From: Octopus bimaculoides
Lineage: Eukaryota
Length of the DNA: 64,000 nucleotides
Reading direction: 5' to 3'
Assembly (NCBI RefSeq): GCF_001194135.2
Contig: NC_068984.1
Span: 16,003,389-16,067,388, forward strand
Positions within the stretch are counted from its first letter, which is position 1, and each line of letters starts with the position of its first letter. The notes under the pieces were generated by a model, which was given only the letters and a program-made list of their open reading frames with translations, searched no databases and was not told where the DNA came from. Below, piece by piece: positions 51,833-63,047 of the stretch. The translations under genes and the position numbers were made by a program.

Positions 51833-54800
51833 GATAGATAGATGAGTCATTTGATCCTTGTAACATAATACAATAAAGTGTTTCCCTGATGATCTGTTGT
51901 GGTCCAGCATTCAGTTGCATTTGGATCATCCAATGCAGAGAATGTGAATATTCACAACGGTGAAGCATACATGGGGAACAAATGATATAAACTTCTGTTT
52001 ATCATAACTTGTTACACATATACACACATACCTGCATACATGAATATATCTTTTATGGTTTGTTCAATGGAGAACAGCGCAGCAGCACCTTTTATGCATA
52101 AATTAACTCAAATCTAATACTGGTTCCAAATTTTAGCACATGGCCAAAAAATTTGGGGGAGGGATAAGTCGATATCATCAATCCCAGCACTCAACTGGTT
52201 CTTATTTTATTGACCCCAAAAAGATGAAAGGCAAAGTCAACCTTGATAGAATTTGAACTCAGAACATAAATATAGAACATAAATATTGCATAGCATTCTT
52301 CCCAATGTGCTAATGATTCTGTCAGCCCACCACCTTAACACATATCTGATATTTTGACATGTATGAAGTCATGAAGTCTATCCTTGAATTCATTGGTGAT
52401 CCCTAACCTGGCCAACTCCTTTGATAATTAGTTCCATTTTATAAAGATCTTATATCTTTTATCTTTTACTTGTTTCAGTCATTAGACTGTGGCCATGTTG
52501 GGGCACCATCTTAAAGAAGTTTTAGTCAAATGAATCGAGCCCAGTACCTTTATTTTTAATCCATTGGTCTCTTTTGCTGAACTATTAAGTTATGGGAATG
52601 TAAACAAAGAAACACTGGTTGTAATCAAGAAGTGGTGGGGGACAAACCCAGACACAAAGACACATACACATTCGGTACAAGTCTTGCATTTGTAAAATGG
52701 TTCCCTGAAGAGAAAATTACATGTATAATAACATCTTTTATTCTTTTGGAATAGAGTGCATATAATTTTCGAAACATATGTCGGAATTAAAGGAACTTAT
52801 TATATGCATTTTGCTCCATTTATTCTTTATTATATATATGTAGCACCATCCGAGTGTGATCATTGCCAGAGCGGCTAACTGGCTTCTGTGCCGATGGCAC
52901 ATAAAAAGCACCATTCGAGTGTGATCATTACCAGCATTGCCTTACTGGCACTTGTGCCGGTGGCACGTGAAAAAATATTTGAGCGAGGTCGTTGCCAGTG
53001 TCACTCGACTGGCTCCTGTGCAAGTGGCATGTAAAAAACACCATTTTGAGCGTGGCCATTGCCAGTAGCACCTAACTGGCCCTCATGCTGGTGACACGTA
53101 AAAGCACCCACTACACTCTCGGAGTGGTTGGCGTTAGGAAGGGCATCCAGCTGTAGAAACTCTGCCAGATCAGATTGGATGAANNNNNNNNNNAGGGCAT
53201 CCAGCTGTAGAAACTCTGCCAGATCAGATTGGATGAAGCCTGGTGCAGCCATCTGGTTTGCCAGTCCTCAGTCAAATCATCCAACCCATGCCAGCATGGA
53301 AAACGGATGTTAAACGAGGATGACGGTGATGATGATGATATATATGATGGGCTTCTTTCAGTTTCTCTCTACCAAATCCACTCACAAGGCTTTGGTCAGA
53401 ACAAGGCTATAGTATAAGACACTTGCCCAAGGTGCCATGCAGTAGAACTGAACTTGGAACCATGTGGTCGAGGAGCAAACTTCTTGCTACATAACCATGC
53501 AGTGAAGTTTTGTCAGATTACTGTATCGGTTGTTGACTAACTTAGGTCAATGATCTCTCTTCAATGATTGATTGAATCTGAAGATATCATCTTAAGTGAG
53601 AATGAACTTTGTGTTATGTTACAGGCATATATCTCACCACACCACCCTCTTCCATCTGTAGAAGATCCAAGGCACAAATCAATTACATTGAATTTATCCA
53701 CTTTTAACATATCTCCTTCAAGTTGAACACTTTTTGGCACATTTTCATATTTGAGATGTGATCACTTCATATTAAAGCATATTGAAATAGTGATTTTTCT
53801 AATTTTTTATAAAGCCTCTTTTTATTATTTTCAGATTAGTATTAATTTTCTTGAATACAGCAGAGCTGAATGACCTTCTGGTTAATGATGGTGTCATGTT
53901 ATAAATTGATAGAACTCTCTACTACAAAGCCTGCATAAAACTTTCAGCTACAAAGCTTGTGGTTGTTAATGAAAAACACTACAGTTTTATTTCTTGAGTG
54001 AAGACAATAGTATATCCTATAAATGCCACAAAAGAATTTAAACTATACCCTGATATCCACATGTAACTGTTGAAATCAATACACATGTCTACTGAAAGGA
54101 TTTTGCTTTTAAGGCAGTGGTTTATCAGGTAATATTCACCCTACCTAATGGTATCCTGAAGACTCACAATTAATGACCTCAAAGTAAGGTTCATGTATAC
54201 TCAATTAGGTCCAAAGACAGGGAAACTCCCAGTGATGTTTTATTGGAATATTTCAGGACCAGAGAAATAACCTGCTTAACATAACCTGGACCAACCATAC
54301 AAGGCAAGATTCTTCCTTAATCATCTAGTGAATGTAATTGTTGTTTTTGTCTCTCTGAGAAATTGTACATATTGAAACAACCAACTATATCCATTAACAA
54401 AAAGATCAAATTTTCATATTGTTTTGTACTTATAGACTTGAAGCCATTAGTTTATAGCATTGTTTCATAATTTTTACTGAAATTCTACTGATATTCCACT
54501 GCAATTTCTAATAAAAGTAAGAGGAGACAACTCATATCCATTGCATCAGAGTGTTCCCCATTCAACAGCTCATACAACATCAAGTGGTCATCTAGAACTA
54601 TTGACTTCATCATATGACTTCGACTGATGAATGGGAACAAACTTTTTACAAACTTTTTACATCATTCAATGATAAGCAACTTCTTTAGAAATTATGGGTG
54701 ACTCACCACTTAGACTGACAGCGTCTGCAAGATCAGATTTGCTTTTAAGTTTGTAAAACTTTGAGCAATGCAGATTTAAATCATAGATTAATAATTCAAC

Positions 54801-57800
54801 TATTTAACCTCAACAACAGGTACTATGTCTGTGTATGTGTGTGCATGCATGCATGTGTGTGTGTGTGTCTGTGCGTGTGTGTGTGTGTCTGTGTGTGTGT
54901 CTGTGACTGTGTATGTGTTTGTGTGTGTGCATGCATGTGTGTGTGTGTGNNNNNNNNNNNNNNNNNNNNNNNNNNNNNNNNNNNNNNNNNNNNNNNNNNN
55001 NNNNNNNNNNNNNNNNNNNNNNNNNNNNNNNNNNNNNNNNNNNNNNNNNNNNNNNNNNNNNNNNNNNNNNNNNNNNNNNNNNNNNNNNNNNNNNNNNNNN
55101 NNNNNNNNNNNNNNNNNNNNNNNNNNNNNNNNNNNNNNNNNNNNNNNNNNNNNNNNNNNNNNNNNNNNNNNNNNNNNNNNNNNNNNNNNNNNNNNNNNNN
55201 NNNNNNNNNNNNNNNNNNNNNNNNNNNNNNNNNNNNNNNNNNNNNNNNNNNNNNNNNNNNNNNNNNNNNNNNNNNNNNNNNNNNNNNNNNNNNNNNNNNN
55301 NNNNNNNNNNNNNNNNNNNNNNNNNNNNNNNNNNNNNNNNNNNNNNNNNNNNNNNNNNNNNNNNNNNNNNNNNNNNNNNNNNNNNNNNNNNNNNNNNNNN
55401 NNNNNNNNNNNNNNNNNNNNNNNGTGCATGCATGCATGTGTGTGTGTGCATGCATGCACGTGTGTGTGTGTCTGTGAGTGTGTGTGTGTATGTCTGTGAC
55501 TGTGTATGTGTTTGTGTGTGTGCATGCATGCATGTGTGTGTGTATGTGTCTGTGAGTGTGTGTGTGTGTGTCTGTGTGTGTGTCTGTGACTGTGTATGTG
55601 TTTGTGTGTGTGCATATTATTGAAAGGGGATCTTGTTTCCTGCCGTATTTTAAAGGTTACATCTACAAATGACTGATAACAGCCAGCCAGCGTAGACAAT
55701 TACTTCCGACTTGTTTTAGCTTGTAAACAATTTAAATATAAGCAATTTTAAACAACAAACCTGTATTCTCGTTTCTAATCTTCTTCATCGATCTTGCTTC
55801 AACCACAACTGTATAAATGGTGTTTGATTGCAGATTGGTCAGTACAAAATGGTCTTCTGTCAAGTCAATCATGAATAATAGAAATTTAGAGAACAAAGCA
55901 AAGTAACCAAACGATTAGTTAGTATAACATTCAAAACAACTACATTTAATTGGTAACACAAATTCACACTTACACATACATGTGTGCACGAACACATATT
56001 CATGCACAAGCACACATGCACACACATGTGCACAAACACTAATATACATACATACATTAGGTGTATATTGTGAACCAATACTCAAAGTAAACAGTACACA
56101 TTATTGAACTAATTTGCCGACAAATGGCCTTAACACAATAAGACAATATTTAAAGATAGTTTATCAATAATGCAGAGGTATGCACATATATATATATAAT
56201 AAAACGAATGGTTTACACTTGGTAGCTTACTAGAAAAGCACGGTCACTTTCAGAGTGATCGTTAAGTATATAGCTAGATGTGTCAAAACAATTGTTGTGA
56301 TTCGATATAAATTCTCGTATATTTCATCTTCTGTCTTTCATTTGCTATATCATCATCATCATCATCGTTTAACGTCCGCTTTCCATGCTAGCATGGGTTG
56401 GACGATTTGACTGAGAACTGGTGAAACCGGATGGCAACACCAGGCTCCAATCTAAATTTGGCAGAGTTTCTACAGCTGGATGCCCTTCCTAACGCCAACC
56501 ACTCAGAGAGTGTAGTAGGTNNNNNNNNNNNNNNNNNNNNNNNNNNNNNNNNNNNNNNNNNNNNNNNNNNNNNNNNNNNNNNNNNNNNNNNNNNNNNNNN
56601 NNNNNNNNNNNNNNNNNNNNNNNNNNNNNNNNNNNNNNNNNNNNNNNNNNNNNNNNNNNNNNNNNNNNNNNNNNNNNNNNNNNNNNNNNNNNNNNNNNNN
56701 NNNNNNNNNNNNNNNNNNNNNNNNNNNNNNNNNNNNNNNNNNNNNNNNNNNNNNNNNNNNNNNNNNNNNNNNNNNNNNNNNNNNNNNNNNNNNNNNNNNN
56801 NNNNNNNNNNNNNNNNNNNNNNNNNNNNNNNNNNNNNNNNNNNNNNNNNNNNNNNNNNNNNNNNNNNNNNNNNNNNNNATATATATATTTCATATATATA
56901 TATGTGTGTGTTTGTATGTGTGTGTTGTGTATATGTATCATCATCATTGTTTAACGTCCGTTTTCCATGCTGGCATGGGTTGGATGGTTTGACTGAGGTC
57001 TGGAGAGCCAGCGGCTGCACTAGGCTCCAATCTGATCTGGCAATGTTTCTACAGCTGGATGCCCTTCCTAATGCCAACTACTCCGAGAATGTAGTGGGTG
57101 CTTTTTATGTTCCACCAGCACAGGAGCCAGTCAGATGGGCCTGGCATCGATCATGTTTGGATAGTGCTTTTTATGTGTTACAGGCACAGGAGCCAGTCAG
57201 GAGGTTCTGGCATTAGCCATGTTCGGATGGTGCTATTTACATGCCACCAGAACAGGAGCCAGTCAGGAGGACCTGGCATCGACCACGTTTGGATGGTGCT
57301 TTTTACATGCCACTGGAATGGGAGCCAATCAGGGGCCACTGGTATTGGCCACATTCGGATGGTGCCTTTTATATATCACCGGCACAGGGGTCAGTCAGGC
57401 AGTCCTGGTATCATTCACGTACAAATAGTGCTTTTTACATGCCACCGGAATGGGAGCCAGTCAGGGAGCACTGGCTACAGGTACGATTTTGGTTTTATTT
57501 GACTCAACAGGTCTTCTCAAGCATATCATATCACCCGACGGGGTAGATATAGATATATATATTTCATATGTGTGTGTATAGGGTTGGAACAAAACTTCAT
57601 ACTGATTTTCCAGTTGGTGGTGTTTAAACATGTGATTCATTTTTCACAAGACAGAAGCAATGACATATTTTTTGAATGGTTACATTTTAACATGTCTTTC
57701 TATATGATTACTATGTGGATAGTTTATTTCTACTGTTTTTATATTTAAAGTGTAAATGGAGGGATATGAGTTGCTTTTTGTCATTTGGTGCTCTTTAATT

Positions 57801-59739
57801 TCTGGAAAGGAAAGAAAGAAAAACATTGTGCAAACAACAAAAAAAAAAAAGGTACGTGCAGTTTATAGACATGATGCCATAACTGAGAAGACTTTTCATA
57901 AGTGGTTCACAAGACCTGTGAGTGAAAATTTTTAAGTGGGAAACTGTAAATGCTCTGGCAGGCCTACAATCATTGATTATTATCAAATCCAGGTCAGACA
58001 AATGTGACATTGCAGAGATACTCTGCATATCTCATGTGAATGTTAAAAGATATTTAAAAGTACTTGGATATGCAAACCACTATGACATTTTGGTACCTCA
58101 TAATTTAATGGTAAAATGTTTAATGGATTGCATTTCTGTCTGTGATTTTCTACTCAAACACAACAAAATTGACCTATTTTTCCAAGAATGATCACAGGTG
58201 ATGAAAAATGGATTTGTTCTGACCAAAGCCTTGTGAGTGGATTTGGTCGAGAGAAACTGAAAAAAGCTCATCATATATATCATCATCATCATCATCGTCA
58301 TCCTCGTTTAACGTCCGCTTTCCATGCTGGCATGGGTTGCATGATTTTCTGATTTCGTTGATATGAATAAATAAACTTTAATCATTATATCTATTGATTG
58401 AATTAATAAATGTCCAATCATTGCCAGAGCAGCTGTCTGGCTTCCATGCTAGTGGCATGTAAATTGCACCATTTGAGTGTGATTGTTACCAGCATCGCCT
58501 TACTGGCACTTGTGCTGGTAGTACGTTAGAAAATCATTCAAGCGAGGTCATTGCCAGTGCCGCTAGACTGGCTCCTGTGCAGGTGGCACGTAAAAAAACA
58601 TCATTTTGAGCATGGCTGTTGCCAGTACCGCGTGACTAGCCCTCGTGCCGATGGCACGTAAAAGCACCCACTTCACTCTTGGAGTGGTTGGCGTTAGGAA
58701 GGGCATCCAGCTGTAGAAACTTTGCCAGATCAGATTGGAGCCTGGTGTAGCCATCCGGTTCACCAGTCCTCAGTCAAATCGTCCAACCCATGTTAGAAAG
58801 CGGATGTTAAACGATGATGATGATGATGATGATGATTAATGTTAAAGAGCCAGTCATATTAACCAAATGAAAATAACAAAGACATAACATCACATACAAA
58901 ACAGGAAATTGCAATACTGTAACGAGTATTTTGTGTTGGATGTAATTATGAATAAATGTGAGGGAAGAAATATGAATAAATAGATATTAAAAAAAACATC
59001 CTTCGCATATTACTAATTGGACTTCATATGTTACCAATTATTAATTAACAGACGAAATAAAGAAGAAGTTAATTGCCCATTTGAGTATGCAATTTAGTTA
59101 AATGTTTTATAGTAAGATGTCTAAAATACAGACTGGTTGGTTATATGTGTAAAGTCACAAATTCTTCTGTGGTTGAAAGACATTAAAATTATAGAAAAAA
59201 CGCTGTTTCAATGTTTTATTTTTTGTTTTCAAAACATTTGTAGTTATTATGCACGTTCTAATTAAGACTAGACACTCGCATAAACGTAACTATTTGTTCC
59301 CTGGCGAATATGTTGATTTGATTTGGTAAATTTAGTTGTTATTCCTTGTCTCTTCTCTTTCTTTAAGTCTCAGTTCCCCTTCTCTCTCTCTCTTTTTCTC
59401 TCTCTCTCTCCCTCCTCTCTATCTTCCTTTCCCTATATTTTGCATACACACACACACACACACACACACATGCACATTTACCATTGACTTCTTTCAGTTT
59501 CCGTCTACCAAATCCACTCACAAGGCTTTGGTCAGCATGAAGCTATAGAGGAGACACTTGCCCAAGATGCTATGTGGTAAGACTGAACCAGATTCGTTTC
59601 GTTGGGAAGCAAGCTTCTTACCACAGAGATCTTCCCCATGCTATTCGTACCATGCTGTCACACCTGCGATATATAGATACACACATGCTCACATATCTAA
59701 ATACACACATAAATACATATATGTACACACTGACACAGA

Positions 59740-59780
<41 letters not shown>

Positions 59781-61290
59781 CATCATCATCATCAAAATTG
59801 TGATTGAACCAAATTTGATGACTGGCACCTGTGCCAGTGGAGCGCTAAGAGCACTTTTCGAGTGTGATCATTGCCAGAGCAGCTGTCTGGTTTCCATGTC
59901 AGTGGCAGGTAAATAGCACCATTTGAGCGTGATCGTTATCAGCATTGCCTTACTGGCACTTGCGCTGGTGGCACGTGAAAAAACATTTGAGTGAGGTCAT
60001 TGCCTGTGCCGCTAGACTGGCTCCCATATAGGTGGCATATAAAAAACACCATTTTGAGTGTGGCTGTTGCCAGTTCTGCTTGAATGGCCCTCGTGCCAGT
60101 GGCACGTAAAAGCATCCATTACACTCTCGGAGTGGTTGGCATTAGGAAGGGCATCCAGCTGTAGAAACTCTGCCAGATCAGAATGGAGCCTGGTGCAGCC
60201 TTCTGGTTTGCCAGTCCTCAGTCAAATCGTCCAACCCATGCTAGCATGGAAGGCGGACGTTAAACGATGATGATGATGATGATGAAACAACGTGAAAAGA
60301 AAGAGCACTGAAAACACCTTAATGTGAAATAAAGGAAAAAAAAAAAGACAATGTTTATTTACCGTCAGTACAATCTGTGCCGATGCCTTTCTCCGCTTCT
60401 TCTCCAGGCCACCAGGTCAGCTGATACTTCTCTGGCTGGACATAGTGTGCTTTGAGTTCTTCATCTGAGCGTGTAAATTAAAAAGAAAANNNNNNNNNNT
60501 GGTGGTGGTGGTGGTGGTGATGATGATAATAATGATGATGATGATGATGAAACAACGTGAAAAGAAAGAGCACTGAAAACACCTTAATGTGAAATAAAGG
60601 AAAAAAAAAAAGACAATGTTTATTTACCGTCAGTACAATCTGTGCCGATGCCTTTCTCCGCTTCTTCTCCAGGCCACCAGGTCAGCTGATACTTCTCTGG
60701 CTGGACATAGTGTGCTTTGAGTTCTTCATCTGAGCGTGTAAATTAAAAAGAAAAGGAACACCACTATGATGATGAAACTAATTAAACTGAAGGAAGAGTG
60801 TTGTAGTTTGCTGGAAGCATTGTAGTGCAGAAATAGAAAATGAATGAAATGAGAAATAAGGAAAGCTTGTAAAAATGAAGAAAGTTTAAAAAACCTTTAT
60901 ATTCCAGGAGCAAAGGCCTATCTTCAGAAGAATACAGTCAAAGAAATGTGCATTTACATAGGTCCTGCAATTTTTGGATAGTCTGCTGCTTGAGCTAGTA
61001 GCATCTTTATTTCTCATTTCATTCATTATTCTAATTAAATTGATTACTGAATGTTGTAAAATGCAATGTTGAATTATACAAGACTGACATTTTGGGAATC
61101 TCAATCTGTGTCTCTCTGTAACTAGTAATGAATGCTCACAGAACAAACACAGTGACGATAACAGGTTCAATGAAGGCCTTTTCCTCTTCTGGACATGTTT
61201 CCACAGAAGATTGGAAACAACGGTTACTGCAAGAATGATGGTGATGTTTGTTTACACCTATCATGTGGTGTGAAGACACGGAGGTACAAA

Positions 61291-61331
<41 letters not shown>

Positions 61332-63008
61332 ACAGGCTTCTTTCAGTTTCGGTCTACCAAATCCACTTACAAGACATTGGTCAGTCTTCGGCTACAAGAC
61401 ATTTGCCTTAGGTGCCATGCAGTGGGACTGAACCTAAAACCATGTGGTTGGTAAGTAAACTTTACAACTACACAGCCATGTGTGCATCTCTTTGAAGATA
61501 TATCATTATTTATTCTGATCTTCAATGAAATTTCAAGGTTTCAAATAAAGAATAAGGAAAATAATTCCAAACTTACTTTTGTTCCAGACAATAAGAGCCG
61601 AATGTCCAGTAACTTTCTCACACCAAACTTTTGTTGGACACTGGACAAGCCCAATATAATGAAGGTTTAACTTTTGACCAGGTTCACAACAAGAATAATT
61701 AAGATTTTCTGAAATGTCTGCAATAAAATAATGTTATACACATGGTATGTTTTATATATTTTGCTGAAATGAGAAAATAAATAAATGTCAAAAATTTCTT
61801 ATATATTTTGGAATTGACTAATTCTCCATTACTCTTTTACTTGTTTCAGCAATGTGGCTGCAGTCATGCTGCTGGAACTCAAGATTTGGAAATACATTTA
61901 TATATATATTCTGCCAGAGAAAAAGATGCCAAGCTTTATAATATCGGAACAGGGAGCTGACTGGAACTGGGAGCTGACCGGAAGGGGGAGAGGGGCAGAG
62001 GGAGCCACAATTGGGATTTCGTGCCTTTTCGAGCGGGGTCGTTGCAACGCGAAGACGTGCGTGGCGATCGTCCAGATGAGGGAGAGGCAGCTGCTATTTC
62101 TAGCGTTCTTCGGGTCGGGCCAGGCGCGAGGACAGGATACCACAAGACAGGTTCGTGGAGCAGAAGGAAGACGAGGTAAGCTGATTACTTCTAATCACAA
62201 CACCACAGCTCAGTAAAGGTTTAATGATGTTTTCAATTTACTACTGTAACCCACTCTGAATTTAATAGACTACATCCTGTGATTTGGATTAATGGAAGTA
62301 AGCAGAAATGCTGTTGCTAGACAGCTATCAGTCCTAGATATTTAGATTAATATTACAGAAATGGAGAAAAATATTTCAGACTTATGCACATTTGGTAATA
62401 GAGTTGATTAAAGATTGAGCAGAACCTCCATTGAGGTGTGTCAGAAAAGTCAGTTTAGTTCAGTGCTCCGAAACCTTTTTAGACTTGTGGTACACTTATA
62501 TTCTTTTCAAAATTTGACAGCACACTTGAACAAATGATATAACTAAAAGTATAAAGAAAAAATTATATTCAGGTTACGCTGTGGCACACCTAGCATCATC
62601 TTGTGCCACACCAGTGTGTCATGGCACACTGGTTGCAGGGCACTGGTTTAGCTATTTAAGAAGACAAAAGTACATTTATAACTACTTTTGCATTATTTTC
62701 CCCTCGCCTTAAAATTGCTGGTTTTGAATCCTGCAAGGAACCTGCATCTCATTCAGGAGAATGTTGTGATTTTGGTCACTTATATACCATGGAGACCAGG
62801 TAACTGACCTTATGACTTTTAGTGCTCAAGAAGAAAACAAAAACTAGGTGCAGAAGTGGATCTGTGGTAAGAAGTTTGCTTCCCGACCATATGACTCCAG
62901 GTTCAGTCTCACTGTGTGACACCTTGGGCAAGTTTCTTCTACTACAGCCTTGGGCTGACCAAAGCAGTGTGAGTGGATTTGGTAGACGGAAACTGAAAGA
63001 AGCCCATC

Positions 63009-63047
<39 letters not shown>

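Noticed and set aside
54761-55699. Long ORFs spanning N runs and (CA)n / (TA)n tracts
   Set aside because: Artefacts of gaps and microsatellites.
57099-57500. 66-bp array as a CRISPR or repeat-protein gene
   Set aside because: The units are contiguous with no unique spacers, lie in a eukaryotic retroposon and have no cas genes nearby; the ORF is a by-product of the 66-nt period.
61140-61226. 87-nt frame-preserving AG...GT segment on minus (phase 1 to 1)
   Set aside because: The peptide ([28 protein letters not shown]) has no FN3 character and would interrupt the B-C loop. There is no support without RNA-seq.
61937-62207. Hammerhead ribozyme in the LTR-like repeat or in 22940-23150
   Set aside because: No CUGANGA plus GAAA core in the right arrangement on either strand.
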